From NCBI RefSeq assembly GCF_009914755.1, contig NC_060942.1: DNA of 64,000 bases; one strand, written 5' to 3'. The notes below the pieces were generated by a model. That model did not search any database. It was not told the origin of the DNA and was given only the letters and a program-made list of their open reading frames with translations. This document shows positions 12,501-23,918 of the stretch, piece after piece. Each line of letters opens with the position of its first letter. Within the stretch, counting starts at the first letter, position 1. The stretch comes from the human T2T-CHM13v2.0 reference genome, Homo sapiens. The position numbers and the translations under genes were made by a program.

Positions 12501-12752
12501 TTATTATTCTCTACAGTTTAAATTAAATTCTATTTTTTCTGGCTACAAGTTTCCAAAATAAGCTGTGCTTTCCTAAAGCCCTATGAACTGAAAACTAGCG
12601 GTTTCAGCAGGCGCTGCCTCTAAGCCCCCTGACCATCACAGGAGGAAATCTCTTCACTGCTGGTGCTGACAACTAATAACTGAGAGTGCCTGGAATCCTT
12701 TGCCCGCACGTCTAGTGAGTCCATCACACTCAGGGTAATTGAGACAGTAGCT

Positions 12753-12902
12753 GTTACAGGAATCAACTTGTGGATACATCACACTCAAGTCAAAGCCTGG
12801 AAAGCTGAGGAAACAACCCCTGACACCCCAAAGGAACATTCTAAATATCAATGTAAAGAAATAGGAAATCTTAAGCTGAAAATCATAAAAAATAAAAAGT
12901 AA
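12753..12902 (+). pseudogene. pol: pol remnant: integrase C-terminal tail
   Basis: VTGINLWIHHTQVKAWKAEETTPD..YQCKEIGNLKLKIIKNKK*; WIHHxxVK is the class-I integrase C-terminal motif. Confidence 0.8.
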
Positions 12903-13201
12903 TTGAGAACTACTCATCTTACTCAGTCTCACCCCTACCTCACCAAAGACTTTTTGTCATTCCTACCTCTCCTTTTAAGCCAAATACTAAAATTTCTAAT
13001 GGAAATTATTTACTACACCACCCTTGTGGAAATTGCTTTACTCAGTCTACTATTTGCAGTAGGACTATATATTCTAGCACCCTAAGGGTGAAATATCAGA
13101 AGAGAATCTCAATTACTGTAGCATTTTGCTTAATTATTATCCTCATAGCAGGAATAATAGTTATATCAGAAAATAACACATGGGCCTTTCCAATCATGCA
13201 C

Positions 13202-13510
13202 CTCTGCCTCTTATTAGGTGAGGAATGTTGTTTCTATATCAACCAATCAGGCCTAGTAAGAGACGCTGCTGAAAAACTTAAAGAAAGGGCTAAAAATCTA
13301 AGGAAATACCAAAACAACCAAATAGATTCTTGGTTTGGGAACAAAATCATAGCATGGGTCATCCCCATTCCTGGGCCCTCTCCTAATAATGTGCCTAGGA
13401 CTAATGTTCTTACCCTGCCTAATTAACCTTTTTCAAAGATTTTTAACTGACAGGCTCATGGCCATTTCACAGACAACTACCCAAAAACATCTACAGATGG
13501 CATTACTCCC
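13202..13510 (+). pseudogene. env: env TM-subunit remnant
   Basis: CX6CC motif CLLLGEECC (13205-13231), then FYINQSGLVRD, heptad region and membrane span WVIP-FLGPLL..LPCLINL with a 1-nt frameshift near 13365; SU and immunosuppressive domain absent. Confidence 0.9.
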
Positions 13511-13615
13511 CTGCGGTCAATCTGAGACCAGAAAACTCTCCATCCCCTCGTCAGCAGGAAGTAGCCAGAAAGAATATGCCACTCCTCATCCCTTTTATAA
13601 CTATAGAGTCTGAAT

Positions 13616-14067
13616 TGACTGAGCAGGGGCATCATCATCTTGGACAAGCACCGCCATTCTAAAGTTCCCCTTGATCAAAAACCACCTAAATCCAAAGGGC
13701 ATCAGCCTAATGGCTAAGGTCAGCATGACCATAAACCACAAATGACATCTCTGATCAGAAACATTCTAACCATAAGGTAAACCCCTTCCTGACAAGAGAC
13801 ATGCCAGCCCCAAGATAACCTCCCCTCCAGCCATAAACATTCCAACCTCTCTGTAAACTTCTCCCCCACACAGAAACATTCCAAGCTTCTGATAAGCTGT
13901 GTCACCAATAAATACTCTTAGCCTGTAAGAAAGAGTTCTCCTGACCAAAAAAAAAAAAAAAAAAAAAATCAGCCAGAAGCCCCTCTCGGGTTTATTCTCC
14001 AAAATGAACCCGTGTTTGACTGTTGAGCTGCTTTTTGTGTTGCTTTCCTCTTTCTTTAACTGTTACA
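13616..14067 (+). repeat. 3' LTR (MER61-like)
   Basis: Direct repeat of the 5' LTR lacking one 38-bp unit and carrying an A22 run. Confidence 0.9.
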
Positions 14068-14256
14068 GTTTCAAGTCCCCAGCATATGCCAATATCTGTG
14101 CACACTCAAGTCCAGCAGTCAGCCCTCCAGACTGGAACTCCTCCTACATGAAGAGCCAGACCTTCATATACATGCATTTTGCATCTTTCAAATAACGTAT
14201 TTTCAATCAGTGTTTGGTTTTAAAAATATGTGAATATAAGTGGACCCACGCATTCC

Positions 14257-15020
14257 AAGGACTAAGCTATGAGTTTTTCTTATCTTGTTCGAATATCTAA
14301 GGGATGTGGGGAGTCATGCCCTGCAAACCATAAATTCTCATCAGGTGAGTTTTATTTAACCCTATGTATTGTGACTTACTTTCCAATCTAACTGGCATAA
14401 CATTACATGACAAAGAAGAAAATCAAAATATTTATCCCCAAACATGTTTCTTTGCCATATTTTGAAATGGCCCTACAAAGCTGTCCTTTGTGGGGAAAAA
14501 ATTGCATCTGTAAAGAATCTCTATTAATATAGCTAGATCTTTTTCTTCCAGGCCCTCCCAATACTGAAGAGATTAACTGAGAGTCTAGTACCTTTTAAAG
14601 GTCTGAATAAGAAACATTTGTCATCTATTGTCTCTAAGGGCAGCAACTATGAGACTTCAAAAGAACTTTGGTCTCCGCAATCTGAACATTTCCTTTCCAT
14701 TGATCACAGATCTTTAGACAAGCTCAACCAATTGTCAACCAGAAAAATGTTTAAATTTACCTATAGCTTAGAAACACCCCACCCCACATCACCCCCGCTT
14801 TGCATTATCCTGCCTTTCTGGACCAAATCAATGTATTTCTCAAATGTATTTCATTGATGTCTTATGCCCCCCTAAAATGTATAAAACCAAGCTTCATCCC
14901 AACCACCAGGGGCACATGTTACCAGGACCTTCTGAGGGCTTTATCATGGGCCATAGTCACTCACATTTCGTTCAGAATAAATCTCTTCAAATATTTTACA
15001 GAGTTTGACTCTTTTCCTCC
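14257..15020 (+). mobile_element. MER4-family LTR, 5'-truncated
   Basis: GGGGAGTCATGCCCTGCAAACCATAAATTCTCATCAG..; 3' end AGAATAAATCTCTTCAAATATTTTACAGAGTTTGACTCTTTTC. Confidence 0.8.
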
Positions 15021-15021
15021 C

Positions 15022-15023
<2 letters not shown>

Positions 15024-15057
<34 letters not shown>
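15024..15057 (+). repeat. (TG)17 microsatellite
   Basis: Perfect dinucleotide run. Confidence 0.97.
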
Positions 15058-15061
<4 letters not shown>

Positions 15062-15452
15062 TGTATGGAGGAAGACAGATACACACTATATATATGTGTG
15101 TATATATATAATTTATAAATGTATAAATACATACATCAGGGTTGTATGATCAAAAGTTTATAAAGATGACCAATCAAAATAGTTTATAGTCCTCTTCATT
15201 AGTGATAATGAACTTTATTTAAGCTCTGAGTACCATAAAAGTGAGGATGGTAAGGAAATTCTTCTACCATTTTGTTTCCTCAGAAAATATAAAGGACTAC
15301 TAAGGTAAGAATCACCTTTGCTCTGATACAATGATTTAGGGGCCATAAATAATGGTGATGGCCAATTAGAAAGACTTAGAAAACTTAGAACAAGCAAGGG
15401 CTGGTTGTTCTAAGATGATCAGAGATGTCTGGCTCATGAATTGAGTTATTTG

Positions 15453-15860
15453 TTTTTATAGACTGAATTGTGTCTCCTCAGGAATTTGTACATTGAAATC
15501 CTAACCTCTAATGGGATTATATTTGAAGACAGGGCCTTTAAGGAGATTAAATGAGATCATCAGGATGAAGCCCTAATCCAATAGGACTGGGATCCTTAGA
15601 AGAAGAGGAATAAACCCCAGATCTCTCTCTTTCTCTCTGTCTTTCTCTCTCTCTCAATCTCTCTTTCTCCACCCCCTACCTCCACACACACAGACAAAAG
15701 GCCATGTGAGGAGGTAGCCATCTATAATCCTCAGCAGAAACCACCCTATGGATACCTTGATCTTGAACTTCTAGCCTCCAGAACTGTAAGAAAAGTAACT
15801 TTTGCTGTTTAAGCCTCTCATTCTGTGGTATTTTGTTATGGCTGCCCTACTAAATAAATA
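15453..15860 (+). mobile_element. MLT1A-type MaLR LTR
   Basis: GACTGAATTGTGTCTCC..GCCCTAATCCAATAGGACTGG..CTTCTAGCCTCCAGAACTGTAAGA..GGTATTTTGTTATGGC. Confidence 0.8.
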
Positions 15861-16051
15861 AAAATTTGCTGTTACAGTGGAGGAAAGTGGGGTCTCTAAG
15901 AGAACACTGAGGATTTTTAATTCTTTATAAGGAACCAGTGAAATTTTTCTGCCTCCAAGAAAAACGTTTTAAAACCCACTTCATCCTCTCCCCTTCCAGC
16001 CCACAGTGCAGGGCACTCATGATCTTTCTTTCAGTAATTATAGGATCACTC

Positions 16052-16830
16052 TGTATGGAAGGAAAAATATCTTTTCCTCTACTCATCTTAGGTTCATTGG
16101 CTGGCCCTTGTAACAAAAGACAGATGAACAAGAGAAAAGCATACAAATTAATTTTCATAACACAGGAGACTTTATAAGGAAATGAAGCCCTAAAGAATCA
16201 GCTAAACCTGAGTACTTTTTCATAGTAGGTTTGATGAAGAACGGATAGTCATGGAGAAATAGAATAGGGCAAGGAGTATAAGCTAATGGTAATAAACTGG
16301 GGGATACTTAGCAAGACCTGTTTATTCCGATTATTCTGTGTCCCCTTGTCTTTGGAGACAGGATGTTCCTTTTCCCTGGGCACGGGGAAGACACCACTCA
16401 CAGGAGTGACTTATAATCTGCTTCACTCCAATCTTCCTGCATCTGCCATTTTCTCAAATTACATTAGTTTAAAATATTCAATATGTAGGCTGGGTGCAAT
16501 GACTCATGCCTATAATGCCAACACTTTGGGAGGCTGAAGTGGGAGGAATGCTTGAGCCCAGGAGTTTGAGACCACCTGGGAGACATAGCAAGGCACCATT
16601 TCTACAGAAAAAATTTAAAGTTAGCCAGGTTTGATATCGCACACTTGTAGTCCTAGCTACTTGGGATGCTGAGGTGGGAGGATTGTCTAAGCCCTGGAGA
16701 TTGAGGCTGCAGTGAGCTATGATTGTGCTCTGCATCCTAAGTGACAGAGTAAGACCCTGTCTCAACAACAACAAAAAATTTAATATACTAAGCTGCCATA
16801 TTTTGGGGTGGCATGTTTTGAGTTTCATCA
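16052..16830 (-). mobile_element. ERV1 LTR, MER31/MER67-like, interrupted by AluJ
   Basis: Minus strand starts TGATGAAACTCAAAACATGCCACCCCAAAATATGGC and ends TTTTTCCTTCCATACA; TSD ACTC/ATTC. Confidence 0.7.
16488..16777 (+). mobile_element. AluJ
   Basis: GGCTGGGTGCAATGACTCATGCC..GCTTGAGCCCAGGAGTTTGAG..GAGGCTGCAGTGAGCTATGAT. Confidence 0.9.
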
Positions 16831-18872
16831 ATTCCAACCTGAAAAATTTCTAATCTTAAATTAAAAAGTAGGAGTCCTAAACGTCAAAAGAGGAATAATC
16901 TTTTTAAACCCCAGGAAGATATAAAGGAATGATAGTGCACAATGCATATTTCTTTTAAAATATCTGAGCTGACTAATCCTTAACCTCCCAACTTCCATCT
17001 CTCATTTGAAGCTAATCCAAAGAGCTTACCTTTTTCTGCCCTGTATCTCCTCAGGTCTTCCTCCTTAGAGTTTCCCATGGCTTCAACATTCCTGTTCACT
17101 CTTGGAATTTAGATTCCTCTCTTGTTCAGCATTCTTTATTGGCTCAAAACTTTAACCTGGCTCTTGATATCATCTCCAACTATCTTGCCTCAATATCCTT
17201 TTGCAGGCTTTATCCTGTTGTTCTGATGTCATCCTACACTGCGATCAAACAGATTGATTTTATTCCTGTCTCCATGTCTTTACTCACACTATTACTCACC
17301 CTTACCCTCTTCCTTCAGTCCTGCTTCCTGCCCTTTCTCTGTTAGTGTTCATTCTGAGAGCATTCCTCAACAACTTCCTGCAAGCTATTCTTCACGTGCT
17401 TCCTATGGACCCAGCCTGCAACACCTTGTATGTAAGTTTCACTGATGTTATGGCAAAGTGACCACCATTGGGCCTTTTTCGTGGACCTTGAGGTTCCACA
17501 TAGAATTATTGCAAACTGGAGAGGAAGTATCCATAAGTGGCCCAGAGAAGCATGCTTAGACAAACTACTCTATTGCCCTGAGCTGGGACAAGGACTGGGC
17601 TTCTGGGCAACTAGAACTGTGAGGAGGTTGTGGTAGGAGCAAGGGGACGGTCCTTAGACATAATTGGTCTGTCTCTGAACCTAGTCTCTCTCTTCTAATA
17701 ACATCTCCTCACTTTTAAGGATGGTTTGATGTTCATTTTGACAGCACTCAGAACACTAATCTGAGTTCCCTGTCTTTTGTAGCCCTTCTTGAGCCCGATG
17801 GTCATAATGTCTCATCTTTTGTATTAAAATTTTCTTTATTCTCCAAAGAAATTTTGTTATTATCAGCATAAAATATGAGGCTGCAGGCAACAGTTTTGGT
17901 ACTTGCAGTTTGGGAGAAACGGTGATATGAGCAGCTGAAATCTAAAATGAGAATCAGATGCTTACCCAGGTCCCTCTTGGAAGGATCATACCCTAGTTAC
18001 ATGACCACACTGGGCCTCAGTCTTCTTATCCTTAAGATGGCCATATTCTCTCCTACACTGGAAGAAATTTTATAGGTTTGGGTTTACAAAGCCAATAATG
18101 AAAGGGCTGTTAATTTTCCCCTGCCTATTCTGTTGTCCAAGCGCATGTCATGTTTGCATATGTCATTCAGTCTCAGGACTCCGGCTTTTCACAGACAAGG
18201 TTAACTGGACTAAAAATATTACCTTGAAGGACCCATGAGTTTTATGTTGAATTTTGCGCTTCTGACATAGAAGCTGATAAAGTGATGTTGAAAAGTTGTG
18301 CAAGATAGTCTCAAGAACTTCCATTCCCAGTTTGCAAGGGACATGAAGAAGAGGGCTTCTACCTAGTATGTTCTGTCTCCCTTCTGCCTTCTCTCTGGAC
18401 ATGTTATAAAATAGCATTTGCTAAAGCCAGGCTACCACAGAATACTGCTACTGCAATTGCCATGACCTTAATTACTATTGCCTATTATTCAAAAACATTA
18501 ATTGAGTCATGGTTCCATTGCAAATATGACTTAACTTGCTGTTTTACTGCTTACTCAGGCATTGCAAATAAAAAATAATGGCAGCTATAATTAACTCAGA
18601 ATCGGCTATATAACCTGTCCCTCAGCCCATGACAGGTAAAAGTTCAATTAAAAAATAAAGTTATTAACAGAGTAAGGTTTGGTCACACATCTGTCATACA
18701 GAGTATGACAGGGCACAAATATTACCCCATGCAACCAGAGAGGGAATTACTGAAGATCTGCAGTGACTTTATTTTTGGCCCTTCAAAAGTAAAGAAATAG
18801 CTCCATATATAATGCAATTAAAATTATATATAAAGTCATATGATTCGTCACTTGCTTAAAAAGTCTAGTAGA

Positions 18873-19247
<375 letters not shown>

Positions 19248-19334
19248 TCATGAAGCAATGTTAAGAGGAATAAGAAAACCTTACCAAGATGTCTGCAAAC
19301 CACCCAAAAAGTTAATTATTGGAAACCAAAAAGA

Positions 19335-20440
19335 GATAACTAACACAAGATACTACTTCACACCTGATAGGATGCTTGTCATCAAAAAGATGGGCAATGA
19401 CAAGTGTTGGCAAGGATGTGGAGAAATTGGAACACCGTATACCATTAGTGAGAATGTAAAATCATACAGCAACTTTGAAAAATAGGTTGGTGGTTCCTCA
19501 AAACATTAAACATAGAGTAACTATATGACCCAGCATTTCCACGCTGGGTTTATACCCAGAAAACTGAAACTTTATGTCTGCACAAAATCTTGTACACCAA
19601 TGTTCATAGCAGCATTATTCATAATAGACAAATAAAAGTGAAAACAACTAAATTGTCTGCCGATCGATGAATGGATAAACAAAATGTAGTATATCCATAT
19701 AATGGAATATTCATTAGCCATAAAAAGGAATACAATTGTGATGTAAGTTATAATGTGAATGAACCTGGAAGACATTATGCTAGCTGAAACAAGCCAGACA
19801 CCATTTAGCATGACTCCATTTAGATGAAAAGTCCAGAATAGGCAAATCTTTAGAGATAGAAAGTAGATTAGTGGTGGTAGGGACTAGGAAATTAGGGGAA
19901 TGAGGAGTTACTGCTGATGGCTACAACAACCTTTTTGTCACCAGGGACCAGTTTTTTCCCCAACCTTTTTGGCACCAGGGACCCATTTCATGGAAGACAA
20001 TTTTTCCAAGGGACAGAGGTGGGGGATAGGGAGGAGATGTTTGGGGATGAAACCGTTCCACCTCAGATCATCAGGCATTTGTTAGATTCTCATAAGGAGT
20101 GCGCAACCAAGATCCCTCGCATGCATAGGACAAATAGGGTCGAGCCCCCATGAGAATGTAATGCTGCTGCCGATTTGACAGGAGGCAGAGCTCAGGAGGT
20201 AATACTTGCTTGTCAGCCACTCAACTCCTGCTGTGTGGCCCAGTTCCTAACAGGCCACCTACTAGTACCAGTCCACGGCCCAAGGGTTGGGAACCCCTGA
20301 ATTATAGGGTTTCTTTTTGAGGAGACAAAAATGTTCTAAAATTAGATAGTGGTGATGATTGCAAAATTTTGTGAATATATTAAAAACTACTGAATTGTTC
20401 ACTTTAAAAGAGTGAATTGTATAGTGTATGAATAACTCAA
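19335..20440 (+). mobile_element. L1MB-type 3' fragment (ORF2 end and 3'UTR), interrupted by MER1B
   Basis: CAAGTGTTGGCAAGGATGTGGAGAAATTGGAAC..ATGACCCAGCA..AAAATGTTCTAAAATTAGATAGTGGTGATG. Confidence 0.85.
19927..20299 (-). mobile_element. MER1B hAT-Charlie DNA transposon
   Basis: Right terminus GGTTGGGAACCCCTG; internal TTAGATTCTCATAAGGAG..GAGAATGTAATGC; left terminus rearranged. Confidence 0.88.
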
Positions 20441-20888
20441 CTTTGAAGGGCTTCTCAAAATAAATTAAATAAGTAAGACATTTGAACTATTCCGATTGCT
20501 ACATACATGAAGCAGCTGAGGCCAGTGAGTAGTTAGCAAATGTGGGTATTGTAATTATTTGGCCTGTTCATGTGACAATCTGATGGCCCCTTGCCACAAC
20601 TTCTGTCTGCAGTATAGACAGCTACCACCTTGAGGAAGCTAGCAAAGCAAATAACTGGGGGAATAAAAATACAACTCAGAGTGAAAACAGAATAATCAAT
20701 ATGGACATGATCCTCAATGTATTTGCCTGGATGTATCTATCATAGAGGGGTTGCAAACTTTCACCTATACACAGAGAATACAGAATTTTTTATTTTGTTC
20801 ATGAGTAATCATAAGAAATCTCCTTCCCACGATTTTGATACTTTAAAACATGTTAACTAAATGACCAAACCAGTTTAAAACTAAATCT

Positions 20889-21040
20889 GGCCAGGCACAG
20901 TGGCTTGTACCTACAATCCCAGCATGTTGGGAGGCTGAGGCAGGAGGATCACTTGAGGCCAGGAGTTCAAGACCAGCCTGGGCACCATAGTGAGACCCCC
21001 ATCTCTATAAAAATAAATAATAAATAAATAAAATAAAAAT
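20889..21040 (+). mobile_element. FLAM_C / Alu left monomer
   Basis: GGCCAGGCACAGTGGC..GACCCCCATCTCTA followed by A-rich tail. Confidence 0.85.
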
Positions 21041-22143
21041 AAATCCACTCTGATGATACACGCAATGCTTTAGGAAGTGTTAGTATCTCTTAGCTAAAAG
21101 TCCTCAGGCTCTCATATAGCTTCAATCTCCTCCAGCTTCTCTCCTGTGGACACTGCCTAGATGTCTGGGGGAGTAAGTGGCTGCTTGCTTTGCTGGCATT
21201 CATGGCTGAATTCTACAACTAGTGTAAACTATTATCTGGTCTTTCTTGGTTTGGGCACTGCTTGGGTGCCACACTCTGGCTTACCCCGACACCCCCCAAA
21301 TTAACTCAATCCTCACTACTTTAGACCCCTCAGCCCCGGCCCATCCTCCACTCAGCCTGCCATCCTGGTGGTCCTCTGCTCCCAAAGACCTCCACCAATT
21401 CCAGCCTCAATCCTGAAATCCCTTCCACCCCCCAACGGCAGGCTCGGGGAAAGCCCCATGGCTCTCAGCTCAGCATCCATGCGATGTGGGATGTGCAGGC
21501 AGCCCAGGATCATTCCACCCTGGGCCTCTCTCTGTAGTGAGAGTACATTTGGCATGGCTGCCTCCCAGGTTGAGCTGTGCAGGTCTGAGAACTGATCCAG
21601 AGAGATTTTCAATATCCTAAGGAGTATCTTGGTTTAGAAGAGCCCTTCCTCTGCCCTTGGCTTTTTCCTTCCCCTCTACTTGAGCCAAAGACAAATAAAG
21701 CCCAAATCTGGGCACACACAACCCATTCTGGTCTACCTCCTTCTCCAAGACTGTTCACAATCCCCTTGGGCCAGAAGAGTCGACTTTCTCCCCTTCTATC
21801 ACCTGGCGACACATCTCAAGCTTTCACTCTGATACCACGTCTACTCTCCCCAGCAGAACTATGTGAGCTGGGTTACCCAGGATTGGCCTTCCTATGTTAA
21901 GGTGTAGGGGGTGGGATGGAGTGGGAGATTAATTGGAAAAAATCTTAATTATCTTTCACACATCAGAATCTAAATGCTGTCTTGTCTTTCTCTGCATTCA
22001 CACTGTAATTCACCAAATCCCCCAGTGCTGCACATCCCTTTTTCCAAGGCAAATTGGTCTGGGGCCAACTAGGTAAAAGGCGTGGCTCTCAGAAAGGTAA
22101 AATAAATGTGCATTAATACTTATCAAAACATTGTCCTTTACCT

Positions 22144-22522
22144 CATTAAAAGAAAAAACTTTTGACAAATTAAATTTAACAGAGTTTATTTGCGCAAAGA
22201 ATGATTCGAGAATCGGGCAGCCTTCAGGACCCTTAGAAGTTCTGACAGCTGCTGTCCTTAAGCTGGGGCATTTATAGACAGAAAATGGAAGTGAGATACA
22301 GAATCCACTCAATTGGTTACAGCTCTGTGTTTGCCTTAACTGGGCATGATCTGTCTGATCAGTTGGCAGCCTGTGATTGGCTGAGACTCAGCTAGATGTT
22401 ACAAAAAATATACTCCTAAATTAGGCTTTCAGTTTGCTTATGTACTAAGTTAAGTTGCAATTCATTATATAGGGACTCACGGTATAAGGGCAACCTCAGG
22501 CCAAATTTAGTTTAATTTAAAT
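22144..22522 (-). mobile_element. MER57-family ERV1 LTR
   Basis: Minus strand TTAAATTAAACTAAATTTGGCCTGAGG..GCTGTAACCAAT..CTCACTTCCATTTTCTG..CAAATAAACTCTGTTAAATTTAATTTGTC. Confidence 0.78.
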
Positions 22523-22647
22523 TATATACATACGCATTATTTGATGGTAGTATTTAGCAGTTAAGAATATTTAAAAACTCTAGCTAGTTTTGAGTACTCA
22601 AGTGTAAACCATAATGTATCATTTTTTTAGATTAAAAAGTGTATTTT

Positions 22648-22951
<304 letters not shown>

Positions 22952-23029
22952 GTGCATTTTATTTTGCTAACAGCAGATGCTTTTGCATTGTGACAAAATA
23001 TAGACACATATAAATGAGAGACATTTAAT

Positions 23030-23245
23030 GGAAGAGTCCATGAGAGAGCTCAGGAACCAGACAGCCTGGATTCAAATACTGACTCTGCCAGTTCCCCTGG
23101 GTGAGTTACATATTCTCAGCCTTACTTTCCTTGTCTGTAAAATGGGAGAGAGAGTTTATAGGGTGCTTGTGACAAACAGGCAAAATAATACATACAAAAT
23201 ATATAGAACAGTGCCCTGCACATAGTAAAAACATGATAGTGTTCT
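23030..23245 (+). mobile_element. MIR
   Basis: CCAGACAGCCTGGATTCAAATACTGACTCTGCC..CTGTAAAATGGG..AGAACAGTGCC..CACATAGTAA. Confidence 0.75.
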
Positions 23246-23561
23246 CTGTTCATGTGTAATTACAATAATGTAATTACGATATAAATCTGACTCTCATACA
23301 GCTCTCAGTAAATATGGACTAGGTGCTGTGCTAAGGATTAAAAATTCAATATTAAGACAGACACAGTCCCTGCCCTTATGTGCTTATCAGAGCTGAAGAT
23401 AAAGACCCTCTCTGGCTCATTGTACATAGACAAGATCAAGATGTTCTCTCTTAGGGAATTCCTCAGTTACCCAAGACTTTCTGGCTTCCCAGATGCCATT
23501 CAGGCCACCCAGTCTGAATTTCACCTCAGTTGGCATGTGTTTCTTTTGCCAACCCTATTTA

Positions 23562-23850
23562 TTTATTTTTGAGATAGAGTCTTTCTCTGTTGCTCGGCTA
23601 GAGTGCAGTAGTATGATCATTGTTCACTACGCCATTGACCTCCTGGATTCAAGCAATTCTCCTGCCTCAGCCCCCCAAGTAGCTGGGACTGCAGGAGCAT
23701 TCCACCATGTCCAGCTAATATTTTATTTTTTTGTAGAGATGGGTCTCACTGTGTTACCCAGGCTGGTCTTGAACTCCTGAGCTCAAGCAACGCTCCTGCC
23801 TCAGCCTCCCGAAGTGCTGGGATTACAGGCACAAGCCACCATGCCTGGCC
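23562..23850 (-). mobile_element. AluJ
   Basis: Reverse dimer; 15-bp TSD TGCCAACCCTATTTA at 23547-23561 and 23851-23865. Confidence 0.92.
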
Positions 23851-23918
23851 TGCCAACCCTATTTAATCAATCGGCATTCTAGCTATTCACAACTGTTCAT
23901 ACATCCAGTCTTTGGTTC

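Larger units (their letters stand above)
7777..14067 (+). mobile_element. Internally deleted class-I ERV provirus with MER61-like LTRs
   Basis: Two ~90% identical LTRs with TG..CA termini, perfect 5-bp TSD GTTTC (7772-7776, 14068-14072), PBS, and gag/pol/env remnants in correct order. Confidence 0.93.

Noticed and set aside
13088-13613. Functional syncytin-like env
   Set aside because: SU, furin site, fusion peptide and immunosuppressive domain are absent, and the TM part is frameshifted.
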